A DNA stretch of 64,000 bases from an uncultured Brevinematales bacterium (GTDB lineage Bacteria > Spirochaetota > Brevinematia > Brevinematales > JAOACQ01), in NCBI GenBank assembly GCA_964533855.1, contig CAZHNM010000007.1:22552-86551 (forward strand), read 5' to 3'. Position 1 is the stretch's first letter; each line of letters opens with the position of its first letter. Below the pieces are notes generated by a model that did not search any database, was not told the origin of the DNA, and saw nothing but the letters and a program-made list of their open reading frames with translations. Positions 52,492-62,645 of the stretch are shown piece by piece. The translations under genes and the position numbers were made by a program.

Positions 52492-54318
52492 ATGATACAG
52501 GTCAGAGATCTCAATAAAAGCTACGGTTCTGAAAATCTGCTCGACAATATCAGTTTCAACATTAACGCGGGAGAAAGATGCGGGCTTGTGGGAAGGAACG
52601 GGCATGGAAAAACTACCCTTTTCCGGATCATCGCAGGCATGGAAGAAAAGGATTCGGGGTCGATCATGGTCCCGAGGAATTATACGATAGGCTACCTCGA
52701 CCAGAAGATAAAATTCTCGCGGCCTACGGTCCTGCAGGAGGTCTGCCTCGGCCTTCCTCCGGATCATAAAGAGGATATCTGGATGGCTGAAAAGCTCCTC
52801 GCGGGGCTCGGGTTCAGCACGGCCGATATGGAAAAGAACCCCGATATTTTTTCAGGAGGCTACCAGGTAAGGATCCAGCTTGCCAGGACATTAGCGGGAA
52901 ACCCGAACCTGCTTCTTCTCGATGAACCGACAAATTACCTCGACATCGTATCGATCAGGTGGCTGTCCCGCTTTTTGAGGGACTGGAAGAAAGAGTTCAT
53001 ACTCATTACCCATGACAGGTCCTTCATGGACAACGTCACGACTCATACCATGGGTATTCACAGGCGAAAAATCAGGAAGATCCAAGGCGGCACGGACAAG
53101 CTATATGAACAGCTGATAATGGAAGAAGAGGTTTATGAAAAGACCAGGGTGAATGACGAAAAAAAACGTAAAGAGGTGCTGCTTTTTATTTCGCGTTTCA
53201 GGGCTAAGGCGAGGCTCGGGGGCCTTGTCCAGTCGAGGGTTAAACTGCTTGAAAAGACAAGAAAGCTTGAAAAACTGGAAAAGATGAAAACATTGGAGTT
53301 TTCTTTCAGGGAGGCTGAAACAGCCGCGAAGTGGGTGCTGGAAACCAGGGATCTTACCTTTTCCTATACTGCCAAACCGCCTTACATAATAGAAGGATTC
53401 AACCTGACGGTCGGAAGAGAGGACCGGATAGGCATAATCGGAAAGAACGGAGCGGGCAAATCCACCCTTATAAAGCTCATGACAGAGAATCTTATGCCCC
53501 AGAGAGGGGAGGTAAGGTATTATCCCGGGGTTAAAAAGGGGTATTTTGCCCAGACCAATATAGACAGCCTCGACCCTTCCAGGACCATAGTCGAGGAGAT
53601 ACAGGCGTCCCATCCGGAACATGACCCTCAGGCTGCCAGGGATATTAGCGGCGCAATGCTTTTCGAGGGAGATAATGCACTTAAAAAAGTATCCGTCCTG
53701 TCCGGAGGAGAAAAAAGCAGGGTCCTGCTCGGCAAACTCCTCGTTTCTCCCACGCACCTCCTTATGCTCGATGAGCCGACAAATCACCTTGACATGGAAA
53801 GCTGCGATTCGCTGGTTTCCGCCCTCGACGCTTTTAACGGCGCAGTAATAATAGTAACGCATAACGAGATGTTTCTTAACGCCCTGACAAACAGGCTTAT
53901 CATTTTCGACCGCGGCAGGGTCACTCTGTTCGAGGGTAATTACAGGGATTTCCTTAAGGATATCGGCTGGTCATCTGAAGAAAATCCCGGCATTAAAGGT
54001 GAGATAAATCCCGCCGGCAAAAAGGCCATAAGGCAGGCGCGGGCCATTGCCCTGAAGGAGAAATCTAAAACATTGAAGCCGATAGAGGAAAAGATAAAGG
54101 AAGCGGAATGCGCTATCGGTATGCTCGAAGAACAGATTAGCAAAGACAATGAGCTTGTTATAGAGGCTTCGATAAAGGGCGACGGGGGGCAGATCGCGGT
54201 ATTATCCAAAAAAATCAGCGATGGCAGGGCAAAATTAGACGGCCTGTATGAGGCATGGGAAAACCTTCATGCCGGCTACGAGGAAGAATTAAAAAAATTC
54301 GATGGAGGAGCTTTATGA
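52492..54318 (+). CDS. ABC-F family ATPase (two ABC cassettes, no TM domain)
   Basis: MIQVRDLNKSYG.. is a canonical ABC-F N-terminus. Two Walker A motifs (GRNGHGKTT, GKNGAGKST), two signatures (FSGGYQVR, LSGGEKSR), charged inter-domain linker. An in-frame upstream ATG at 52411 is an alternative start. Confidence 0.85.
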   Translation: MIQVRDLNKSYGSENLLDNISFNINAGERCGLVGRNGHGKTTLFRIIAGMEEKDSGSIMVPRNYTIGYLDQKIKFSRPTVLQEVCLGLPPDHKEDIWMAEKLLAGLGFSTADMEKNPDIFSGGYQVRIQLARTLAGNPNLLLLDEPTNYLDIVSIRWLSRFLRDWKKEFILITHDRSFMDNVTTHTMGIHRRKIRKIQGGTDKLYEQLIMEEEVYEKTRVNDEKKRKEVLLFISRFRAKARLGGLVQSRVKLLEKTRKLEKLEKMKTLEFSFREAETAAKWVLETRDLTFSYTAKPPYIIEGFNLTVGREDRIGIIGKNGAGKSTLIKLMTENLMPQRGEVRYYPGVKKGYFAQTNIDSLDPSRTIVEEIQASHPEHDPQAARDISGAMLFEGDNALKKVSVLSGGEKSRVLLGKLLVSPTHLLMLDEPTNHLDMESCDSLVSALDAFNGAVIIVTHNEMFLNALTNRLIIFDRGRVTLFEGNYRDFLKDIGWSSEENPGIKGEINPAGKKAIRQARAIALKEKSKTLKPIEEKIKEAECAIGMLEEQISKDNELVIEASIKGDGGQIAVLSKKISDGRAKLDGLYEAWENLHAGYEEELKKFDGGAL

Positions 54319-55742
54319 TCCGTTTTTTTAACAGCCTTACAAGATCCCTTGAAGAATTTGTGCCCATCAAAGAAGGCGAGGTATCAATCTATACCTGCGG
54401 ACCGACAGTCTATAATACTCCTCATATAGGCAATCTCAGGACATTCATATTCGAGGATCTCCTACACAGGTGGATGGAATACCGCGGCTATACCGTCCAT
54501 CATGTGATGAATCTCACCGACGTCGATGATAAAACAATCAGGAATTCAATCCTGAAGAATATGAGCCTCTCCGATTACACCGATATTTATAAAAAGGAAT
54601 TTTTCGACTCCATAAAACAGCTAAACTTCAAGCCGGCCGAGGCTTATCCGAGCGCGACCGAATACGTTCCCGGAATGATCGAAATGATCAAAGGCCTCAT
54701 AAAGAAGGGTTATGCCTATGAGAGTTCCGACGGGGTCTATTTCAAGGTTTCCGCCTTTAAAGATTACGGGAAGCTTGCCCATATAGACAGGGAAGCTCTG
54801 TTAGCAGGGGCAAGCGGAAGGACCCACAGCGACGAATATTCAAGGGATGAAATATCGGATTTCGCCCTCTGGAAAAAATGGTCCGGCGAGGACGGGGATG
54901 TTATGTGGCCCTCTCCTTTCGGAGACGGCAGACCCGGATGGCACATAGAATGCTCGGTTATGAGCATGAAACTTCTCGGCAATACCATAGATATTCATTG
55001 CGGCGGCATAGACAATATGTTTCCCCATCATGAGAATGAAATAGCCCAGAGCGAGGCCTTCACAGGGGTTAAATTCGTGAATTACTGGCTGCATGCGATG
55101 CATCTTCAGGTAGACAGCGAAAAGATGTCGAAATCAAAGAACAATTTTTACACTCTTGCAGACCTTGCAGAGCGGGGGCATAACGGAAGGGCAGTAAGAT
55201 ATGCCCTGCTTAGCGCTCATTACAGGAAGCCCCTGAATTTCACATTCGATCTTTTAAAGCAGGCGGAATCGTCTCTTAAGAGGATTGACGAATTTGTTTT
55301 CGAACTCGGAAAGGTTTCAGCGGAAGGCCGCGGAAATCCTTCATTTTCAAAGGCCCTGAAATCGTCTGCGGAGCTCTTTGATAACGCGCTTGACAGCGAT
55401 CTTAATATTTCGGAGGCTCTTTCAGCCCTTTTCACCCTGATATCATTTTATAATAATAATAAATCAGGCGCAACCAGGAAAAACGCGGATGATATTAAAG
55501 CCTGGCTTGACTCTATAGACAGCGTCCTGGGTTTCATAAGGCCTGCCGGCGAAGATGGCGGGATATCTGCCGGAGCTGAAGCGATTTCTCCGGAAGCAGA
55601 AGAGCTGATTAAACAGAGGACCATCGCGAAGGAAAACAAGGATTATAAAAAGGCCGATGAGATCAGGGCGAAACTGCTTGAATCGGGCATAGAGGTCAGG
55701 GATACTAAAGACGGTGCGGTGTGGAAGAAAATCGGGAGTTAA
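54315..55742 (+). CDS. cysS: cysteinyl-tRNA synthetase
   Basis: MIRFFNSLTRSLEEF.., HIGN (HIGH-type), KMSKS, Zn-site CGPTVY / WHIEC. ATGA overlap with the ABC-F stop. Confidence 0.95.
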   Translation: MIRFFNSLTRSLEEFVPIKEGEVSIYTCGPTVYNTPHIGNLRTFIFEDLLHRWMEYRGYTVHHVMNLTDVDDKTIRNSILKNMSLSDYTDIYKKEFFDSIKQLNFKPAEAYPSATEYVPGMIEMIKGLIKKGYAYESSDGVYFKVSAFKDYGKLAHIDREALLAGASGRTHSDEYSRDEISDFALWKKWSGEDGDVMWPSPFGDGRPGWHIECSVMSMKLLGNTIDIHCGGIDNMFPHHENEIAQSEAFTGVKFVNYWLHAMHLQVDSEKMSKSKNNFYTLADLAERGHNGRAVRYALLSAHYRKPLNFTFDLLKQAESSLKRIDEFVFELGKVSAEGRGNPSFSKALKSSAELFDNALDSDLNISEALSALFTLISFYNNNKSGATRKNADDIKAWLDSIDSVLGFIRPAGEDGGISAGAEAISPEAEELIKQRTIAKENKDYKKADEIRAKLLESGIEVRDTKDGAVWKKIGS

Positions 55743-55743
55743 A

Positions 55744-56469
55744 ATGAGGTATTTAATAGCTCTTACCGGCGGGATGATCACATTCATATCACCCTGCGTC
55801 CTGCCGCTCGTGCCGGTTTATATAGCATACATAACCGGGATATCAGTGAGCGACCTGGAATCAGGCGGGAAAAACAAGCCCATGGCCAGGATTTTCATCA
55901 ACACTCTTGCTTTTGTCGCGGGGTTTTCAATAGTATTCAGCCTGCTTGCCGCCCTGCTTTTCATATTCCTGCAATTCCTCGGCCCGTACAAGGAATGGTT
56001 CAACAGGATAGCCGGCTTCGTGATCATCATATTCGGCCTGCAGATGGCCGGTCTTCTGAAATTTAAATTTTTAAGCGGCGAAGCTAAGTTCAGCCCTGCT
56101 GTCCGCAAAATATCCCCCGGTTCTTCATTTATAATCGGGGCCGCTTTCGGCGGAGGATGGACGCCCTGCGTGGGGCCGGTTTTAAGCTCGATCCTCCTCA
56201 CTTCAACGGCCGGCACCGGCTGGACAGGCGGAGCCATTTCTATTCTGCTTCTCCTGACTTATTCTGCCGGGCTGGGAGTGCCTTTTATTTTGACCGGCCT
56301 GCTCACGGGGAGGCTTTTCTCGATATTCGCGGCTGTGAAGAAGAATTACAGGGTAATAGAAATAATCAGCGCGATATTCCTTGTCGCGCTCGGGGTGATG
56401 CTGACGGCAGGCTGGACAGGGTATGTTTCAGGGATGTTTTCAAAAATTATCCATGTCAACGCCGGGTGA
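55744..56469 (+). CDS. ccdA: cytochrome c biogenesis / thiol-disulfide transfer membrane protein CcdA (DsbD-like)
   Basis: 241 aa, 6 TM, with conserved FISPCVLPLVP and GWTPCVGPVL motifs. Confidence 0.85.
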   Translation: MRYLIALTGGMITFISPCVLPLVPVYIAYITGISVSDLESGGKNKPMARIFINTLAFVAGFSIVFSLLAALLFIFLQFLGPYKEWFNRIAGFVIIIFGLQMAGLLKFKFLSGEAKFSPAVRKISPGSSFIIGAAFGGGWTPCVGPVLSSILLTSTAGTGWTGGAISILLLLTYSAGLGVPFILTGLLTGRLFSIFAAVKKNYRVIEIISAIFLVALGVMLTAGWTGYVSGMFSKIIHVNAG

Positions 56470-56492
56470 CGGAAAAAAATTCAGTTGAATCA

Positions 56493-56521
56493 TTGACAAA
56501 TATACCCCCTCTGTCTATATT
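56493..56521 (+). promoter_or_regulatory. sigma-70-type promoter candidate with a roughly 150-nt leader before the GH gene
   Basis: TTGACA (56493-56498), 17-nt spacer, TATATT (56516-56521). Confidence 0.4.
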
Positions 56522-56680
56522 TAAATCAGAGGGAAGAGCAGGTTTTTGTACCGGGCCCCTGCGGGGGCATCGTTCATTATCTTGCGTGAATAAATAATTG
56601 GCCGTTTAATAAATATATATAATGATTGAGAGACTTCCTTCAATTTAAAATTTAAAGAATTAAATTGGAGAATATGTCCT

Positions 56681-57646
56681 ATGGGTAAATATATATTTAT
56701 GAGCGGCGCTATAGCCCTCATGATCTCCGGACTATCTCTTTACGGCATATCAGGAACAGCGAAGTACGAACCGCCGGCCGGGAAAACCATCCTTATCGTC
56801 GGCCAGGATTATAAAACGATTCAGGATTATGTTAAATCGACCGGGGCAGTACCGGCCGGGTTTATGGTCTACACTTCGATTAAAAACCTCGAAGGCCTTG
56901 AAAGCGATTCGCCCGATTACGGGTCCGGCATCAATGACGCAGACAAGCTTCTTGAAGCGTATCCGGGATCGTATCTGCAGATCGGCCTGTGCATGATCGG
57001 CGAGCTCAGCAACACTTATTCGGGTATGAACGACGGAAACATAGAAAAACTCGGACGCTGGCTGTCCGGGATATCAAGCCCGGTATTTCTCCGGATCGGT
57101 TATGAATGCGACGGAACTCATAACAAATACGGTCCGGCGGAATATGTAAAGGCCTACAGGCATATCGTCGACAAGCTCAGGGCGGAGAATGTAACAAACA
57201 CCGCTTTTGTATGGCATGTGCATGCCCACAAGTCAAATCCGGACCTTAACAGCTTTTACCCAGGAGATTCATACGCCGACTGGGTCGGCATCAGTTATTT
57301 CGACCAGCCTGAATCCATGATAACACCGGTACTGGATTTTGCTAAAGCCAGGCAGAAACCTGTGATGGTCGCCGAAGGAACCCCCAAGGGTATCGGAAGC
57401 GTTAAAGGGCGTGAATCCTGGGAAAAATGGTACGGAAAATTCTTCGATTTTGTAATCAGGAACGATATCAAGGCCGTTTCCTATATAAACAGCGACTGGG
57501 ACTCGCAGAAAATGTGGAAAACGGAAGACTGGAAAAACGCCAAGGTGGAAGCTGATGCATATGTACTAAGGCACTGGATAAAAGAGGTATCCGGCAGCAG
57601 GTTCATCAGATATTCGCCTTCGTTATCGGCATATTCCGGCCGGTAA
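56681..57646 (+). CDS. secreted clan GH-A glycoside hydrolase (GH26-like by motif)
   Basis: 321 aa with signal/anchor. FLRIGYECDG (acid/base region resembling the GH26 R..HE.NG motif) and PVMVAEGTP (nucleophile region). Family not verified. Confidence 0.55.
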   Translation: MGKYIFMSGAIALMISGLSLYGISGTAKYEPPAGKTILIVGQDYKTIQDYVKSTGAVPAGFMVYTSIKNLEGLESDSPDYGSGINDADKLLEAYPGSYLQIGLCMIGELSNTYSGMNDGNIEKLGRWLSGISSPVFLRIGYECDGTHNKYGPAEYVKAYRHIVDKLRAENVTNTAFVWHVHAHKSNPDLNSFYPGDSYADWVGISYFDQPESMITPVLDFAKARQKPVMVAEGTPKGIGSVKGRESWEKWYGKFFDFVIRNDIKAVSYINSDWDSQKMWKTEDWKNAKVEADAYVLRHWIKEVSGSRFIRYSPSLSAYSGR

Positions 57647-57650
57647 ACCT

Positions 57651-59552
57651 TCAGTACAGTTCTATTTTCTCTATAACCGCAGTCCCGGTATTCTGCCTTC
57701 CCGGCAGGGATATTTCAAAATCATTAACTGCCTGCAGGTCGATAGTCTTATTCCCTGTCTGGTTTCCCCAGACCGGCCTTATATTGAATGTATCAAAATC
57801 AAAATAATAATCTTCAATTCTGCCAGTGCCGTAAGCCTCATCGGAGGAATAGCTTTCTCCATCGGCCCCGTTGGCTCCCTGGTAGCTTTTCTGCCATGGT
57901 TCTTTAACTCCGCTTTCATTCAGATATATGAAAAATCTTACTTTAGGAGGCAGGGACATCCGGAATTTTATGCCTTTATATCCGGAGGCATCGTAATAAC
58001 CTGTCATATTATGCGAAACAGAGAAGATTGTGGCTCCGCAGCCCCATCCGTATCCGCTGGAATACCACAGGATGAGCCTGGAAGATACCTTCTGGACAGT
58101 CATCCTGGCATTGTTTTCCTGATCCCCCCATGGGGTTACAATATTATTTTGAAGGGATCCGGAATCAAGATATACAGGTTCGAAGGCGCTGTTTTTAGTT
58201 CCTGCCCTGACCTTTATCCGAGGTATATAAAAAATTTTTTTTGTTGATAATTTCGTGAGCGGGACTGTCTTATGATCCGGAAAAGCTAAAGGATTGGCTT
58301 CACGCATTGCATCCATGAGAGCTTTATATGGTCTGCCCGACTCGTCGACTATGCCGTAATTATTGTCTTCATCATTGGATGCTCTTCCGTCCTGGGGGTC
58401 ATCGAAAAACTGGAACCAGTGGTATCCAATGACAAAGGGAAGTCTTGCAAATGATCCGGTATATACTTTGTAATGTTTTCCCCTGTCTTCCTGCGAAGCC
58501 ACCGTTGTATCGGGACCGATTCTGTTCTTGAGCCCGGAGGTGTTATCCATCGAGCGGAAGGTGAACTCCGAAATCAGTATAGGTTTGTTTACAGTTTCGT
58601 ATAGCGTTTCAAGAAAACTTTTATCCACATCCGGGAGATTTTTATAATAGTTGAACGATACCGCATCGCAAAATTTGCCGGATATCCTGAGGACCTGCTC
58701 CGGGACCGAATTTGCAAAACGGTCGCTGAAAATAAGATGGTTTTTATCGGCCGCTTTTATCTTTTCAGTCATAAGGCTGTAAAAGCGTTCCGCTACTACG
58801 GATAAAAATTCTGTCCTGATCGCATTGATGTCCTTGATGTTGAACTGCGACATCTTGAGATTTGCTATATCTTTAAAATCAGATATTTTAAGATTCCATG
58901 CGCTGTTAAAGCTGCCTATAGTGCCATACCTTGCTTCAAGGAATTCAATCACCTTTTTTTTGCCTGCCGAAGACCCGTCAAGATCGAAATAAATATCGAA
59001 GAGGTATGAAGTGTGCCCCATGTAAAAGGAATAATCACCGTACCAGTTCAGGTCATTTCCTATGAAATAGCCTACAAGGTAAGGATCATCGCTCCGCTTC
59101 GAGCAGTTTTCCTCGACAGCGCTTTCAATCATCTTTTCAAAATCCGTTGAAAAAACATCGACGAGCTTGTCTTTTTCCTTTTTTTTAAATTCAATTATGA
59201 TAAAATACGGGACTTTCATTTTAGTTATTTCCGGAGAGGACCAGCATCCTATCGTATTGAACCCTAAATTTGTCACTGTCTGAATTGCTTCTTTTACCCA
59301 GGCGGCCATATTAATCTTTTCAATGCCGTTGTAATGTCTGGCACCGAGTTTGTAATCCCTGTCTTCGCTGTCGATCCTGCTTATGCCTATTGAAAAGAAG
59401 GGATTGTTATCCGGATCCACCAGGAACCACCTGCCTGAAAAATTTTTGACGCTGAAGAAGCCGTTAGTGCTTTTATAACCTGCCGGAAATAATGATAACG
59501 GGATCAGAAACCATAAAATAAGCAGCACCATAGAGATTTGCAACCGGACCAT
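57651..59552 (-). CDS. secreted TIM-barrel glycosidase-like protein with C-terminal beta-sandwich (CBM-like) domain
   Basis: 633 aa with signal peptide. Motifs YFIGNDLNWYGD and PILISEFTFRS resemble clan GH-A acid/base and nucleophile strands. Family not assignable by eye. Confidence 0.5.
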   Translation of the reverse strand: MVRLQISMVLLILWFLIPLSLFPAGYKSTNGFFSVKNFSGRWFLVDPDNNPFFSIGISRIDSEDRDYKLGARHYNGIEKINMAAWVKEAIQTVTNLGFNTIGCWSSPEITKMKVPYFIIIEFKKKEKDKLVDVFSTDFEKMIESAVEENCSKRSDDPYLVGYFIGNDLNWYGDYSFYMGHTSYLFDIYFDLDGSSAGKKKVIEFLEARYGTIGSFNSAWNLKISDFKDIANLKMSQFNIKDINAIRTEFLSVVAERFYSLMTEKIKAADKNHLIFSDRFANSVPEQVLRISGKFCDAVSFNYYKNLPDVDKSFLETLYETVNKPILISEFTFRSMDNTSGLKNRIGPDTTVASQEDRGKHYKVYTGSFARLPFVIGYHWFQFFDDPQDGRASNDEDNNYGIVDESGRPYKALMDAMREANPLAFPDHKTVPLTKLSTKKIFYIPRIKVRAGTKNSAFEPVYLDSGSLQNNIVTPWGDQENNARMTVQKVSSRLILWYSSGYGWGCGATIFSVSHNMTGYYDASGYKGIKFRMSLPPKVRFFIYLNESGVKEPWQKSYQGANGADGESYSSDEAYGTGRIEDYYFDFDTFNIRPVWGNQTGNKTIDLQAVNDFEISLPGRQNTGTAVIEKIELY

Positions 59553-61136
59553 TTAAACCTCCCTTGACCCTTTACCGGGTTTGAACAAAAAAGTCCTGAT
59601 AAGAAAGGCCGCTATATACAGGAATAAAAAAGCCTGGGTTATTATAATGAGGGAAAGCCAGCCTATGAAAACATATGTAGTCCATTGCCTGAAAGTGATA
59701 GTCTTCAAATTGAGGAAAAGTGCGTTATAAATGTTGAAAGCTTCGACGGCAACGATCAGACCTGTCATAATCGAGAATAGTATAAAATGCAGAGTTATCT
59801 TGCTTTGCTTCATGTTCGAAGGGATCCAGATCAGCTCCCTGGTGAACAGCATAACTATCATAGTATAAAGATAGGCAAACGATTCAAGGGTTGAAGAAAT
59901 AAAAGAACCGGGATTTATCTTGCTCTTCCTCATTGCCGGCTGCAATACGATGAGAAAGAACAGGTACGGCATGAAAAAAATAAAATAGCGCGTGTCGATC
60001 AGGCTGGGGGCAAATATCATTATCAGTGTAAATACCAGAACGGCAAGAATAGAAAAAGCCTCCGAGAAATAGTAAAATATATTTGAGAGGTATGACAGCC
60101 GGGTGGTTAACTCCATTTTTGACCCGAACATTTTTTTTGAAAATAATAGACGCATCGAACTGTAGCACCAGCGCCTGTGCTGGTTGAAATAAGATTGCGG
60201 ATTATCAGGGGAGCGCCCTTTCGCCAGGATTAAAGGCAGATAAAGTATGCGATTGCCGTTAGCCGTTATATTAAAACCTGTCTCGAGATCCTCGCACCAG
60301 GGCACATAAGCGATCCCCCCGGCGGCTTCGAGGGAACTTCTCCGGTAAATAAGGTTGGTTCCTACGCATATTGCGCCATGAAAAGGATTTCGCGAGGGCT
60401 GGATAACCTTGTAAAAATCCTCCTGGAGAGCGGCTCCGCCGGAAGTCAGCAGATTTCTTACTATTCCGGGTCCCTCCGATGAAAAGTATTGAGGGGATTG
60501 TACGAGCCCTACCCCGGTGTCGGAAAAATAGGGCAGCAGATCCCTCAAAAAATCCCTTTCAGGAATGAAATCGGCATCGAAAATCGCTATGAATTCACCA
60601 TTTGTCATTTTGACGCCGTGGGAGAGGTTGCCGCCTTTCCTCATATGGCCTATGTCAGCCCTTCGCAGGTAATTTACGCCCATTTCTTCCATAACTTTTT
60701 TCACATCGTCATCGCCCGCGTCGTCGAGCAGGAAAACTTTTTTATTGCCGTAATCCATATTTAAGGCCGCAAGACATGTTTGTCTGACGATGCTTATGCC
60801 TTCACCGCTGTATGGAATAAGTATATCGACCGAAGGTCCGGAAGCGGCGTTAATGCCGTTCCAGTAATTTTCGATGAATGTTTTGTGGTTTTCGATAGAG
60901 AACCTGTCATAGAAAAGGTTGAATATATAATGAGTGGAATAATAGAACAGGAAAACCAGCACAAGGGGTGAAAATATGAGAAGATAAACGAGATTGCTAA
61001 GCCCGATTATCAAAAGGCCCGAGAGCATAAAAAGACTGGATAAAAGCCCGAAGATATTTATTATCTTTATTAACAGGGAACTGCTTTTTAAATATCCGAA
61101 CTTGAGCGGCAAGACAGCTTTTTTTTTCTCCTTCAT
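59553..61136 (-). CDS. processive family-2 glycosyltransferase (cellulose/glucan-synthase-like)
   Basis: 527 aa. N- and C-terminal TM bundles; D,D,D,QxxRW-type signature (LLDDAGDD, FDADF, CEDLETG, QHRRW). No PilZ domain seen. Confidence 0.85.
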   Translation of the reverse strand: MKEKKKAVLPLKFGYLKSSSLLIKIINIFGLLSSLFMLSGLLIIGLSNLVYLLIFSPLVLVFLFYYSTHYIFNLFYDRFSIENHKTFIENYWNGINAASGPSVDILIPYSGEGISIVRQTCLAALNMDYGNKKVFLLDDAGDDDVKKVMEEMGVNYLRRADIGHMRKGGNLSHGVKMTNGEFIAIFDADFIPERDFLRDLLPYFSDTGVGLVQSPQYFSSEGPGIVRNLLTSGGAALQEDFYKVIQPSRNPFHGAICVGTNLIYRRSSLEAAGGIAYVPWCEDLETGFNITANGNRILYLPLILAKGRSPDNPQSYFNQHRRWCYSSMRLLFSKKMFGSKMELTTRLSYLSNIFYYFSEAFSILAVLVFTLIMIFAPSLIDTRYFIFFMPYLFFLIVLQPAMRKSKINPGSFISSTLESFAYLYTMIVMLFTRELIWIPSNMKQSKITLHFILFSIMTGLIVAVEAFNIYNALFLNLKTITFRQWTTYVFIGWLSLIIITQAFLFLYIAAFLIRTFLFKPGKGSREV

Positions 61137-61213
61137 AACCCCTTCCCTGTTAAATGTATTTAATTCTAATCAAAACAACAGAATAAGGCAATTATAACAG
61201 ATAGACCCCGGTT

Positions 61214-62440
61214 TCAAATATTTATTTCATAAAAATCGACCGTATCATCCATAAAATTGGAAATCGCCAGGATCTTGCCTCCCGGATGAATAGCAAGGCC
61301 GATAGGCTGATTGCCGACTAACAACTCCTCGACTGAATTGAAATTATTTTCAGAATCATATATCACGATCTTTCCGTCAAGCGGGCTTCTGTATAAATAG
61401 CCCTTCCTGTTATTTGGTCCGCGGTTGGAGACATAAACATAACGGTTGTCGGGAGAAATTTTAATGTTATCGGGGTGGTCCCATGTCGGAATTGTTTTAA
61501 TTATTTTATCGGTCTTCATATCGTAAACAAAAAACTTGTTTACGCCCATATTGTTGACATAAGCCAATTCCTTGGTCCTGTCTATCCTGAATCTTCCGCA
61601 TGAACCGCCGGTCTTTATCCTTTTAACGATTTTGTAATCATTGGTGACAGAGTACTTGATAAACTCACCCGAGTCGAACAGGGTCACATAAACAAAATTT
61701 CCGTCATCGGAAAAAGCGACTCCCCGGGGAGCTCTCCCGATGGTATTGAACTTCCGGACAAAAGAATATGTCTTCGGGTCTATAATTGTAACGTCGTCGC
61801 TGAGCCAGTTGGAAACATAATAGTACTTATAATCGGGGGTGAATTCCCCGACCTTTGTCCAGTCGGCATGTGTGGGAATATTTGTCTTTATTGAAAAATC
61901 CTTCATCGAAAGAACGAATACCCTTCCATGCTCGTTCATCTGTGTGAACCAGTATTCGCTGCCGTCCTGATTAAATACGCCCTCAATGAACCCGTACAGT
62001 TTATCATAGCCTCTCACATGAATATTTGTCACCGAAGAGTCTTTTGTATCGTAAATCTGTATGAAATCGGTTCCCATTGTTGAAATCATAAGATATCTTC
62101 CGTCCGGAGAATATATAAGATCCTTCGGCTGATGGCCTGTCTTTATCTGTTTTATGAATGTAAAATGGGAATTTTCAGGCGAAAGCCTCACAAAAACCGA
62201 GGAATTATTTGTTAAATTCAAATCTTCAGAGAAAATTTTATATCCGTTTTCTTTCACTTCGATATGGAACATGCCGGTCTGCAGATTTGTTTTGAAAACA
62301 GTTAATCCCGCATTTTTATTGTCAAAAAATACGCCGGCTTTAGAGGGACTGGAAGATATCTTTAATTCCCAGCTATGGACCGGTTCGCCGATATCGAGAA
62401 ATATTAACATACACACTGAAAATAATGTAAATCTGACCAA
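61214..62440 (-). CDS. secreted PEGA-domain + beta-propeller (YncE/lactonase-like repeat) protein
   Basis: 408 aa with signal peptide. PEGA-like N-domain (KISSSPSKAGVFFDNKNAGLT), then repeated ..YVSN/ YVTL/ YVNN.. propeller blades. Confidence 0.6.
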   Translation of the reverse strand: MVRFTLFSVCMLIFLDIGEPVHSWELKISSSPSKAGVFFDNKNAGLTVFKTNLQTGMFHIEVKENGYKIFSEDLNLTNNSSVFVRLSPENSHFTFIKQIKTGHQPKDLIYSPDGRYLMISTMGTDFIQIYDTKDSSVTNIHVRGYDKLYGFIEGVFNQDGSEYWFTQMNEHGRVFVLSMKDFSIKTNIPTHADWTKVGEFTPDYKYYYVSNWLSDDVTIIDPKTYSFVRKFNTIGRAPRGVAFSDDGNFVYVTLFDSGEFIKYSVTNDYKIVKRIKTGGSCGRFRIDRTKELAYVNNMGVNKFFVYDMKTDKIIKTIPTWDHPDNIKISPDNRYVYVSNRGPNNRKGYLYRSPLDGKIVIYDSENNFNSVEELLVGNQPIGLAIHPGGKILAISNFMDDTVDFYEINI

Positions 62441-62596
62441 CTTGAGCTCCTTGTTTAAAATTATCCGTTGAATTCTAAATCATAAATTGATTTCTGGCAA
62501 AAAACGGATTAATTGCCCCTGATAAAAACGGATATATCATAATTGATCAAAGTCAGGATATTCTGGCTGTAAATTGAGGCTGGTTTGATGGAATTG

Positions 62597-62611
62597 TGGC
62601 ATGGTAATTGC
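62597..62611 (+). promoter_or_regulatory. sigma-54 (-24/-12) promoter candidate for the second TonB-receptor paralog
   Basis: TGGCAT-GGTAA-TTGC with exact consensus spacing, 35 nt upstream of ATG 62646. Confidence 0.6.
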
Positions 62612-62645
62612 CATGAATCTTATATAAAACAAAAGGGGCTGATTA

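Noticed and set aside
56528-56680. c-di-GMP or other riboswitch in the roughly 150-nt leader of the GH26-like gene
   Set aside because: Only short generic hairpins are present (CCCTCTG..CAGAGGG, GCCCC-TGC-GGGGC). I could not recognise conserved GEMM-type features. Left as an unannotated leader.
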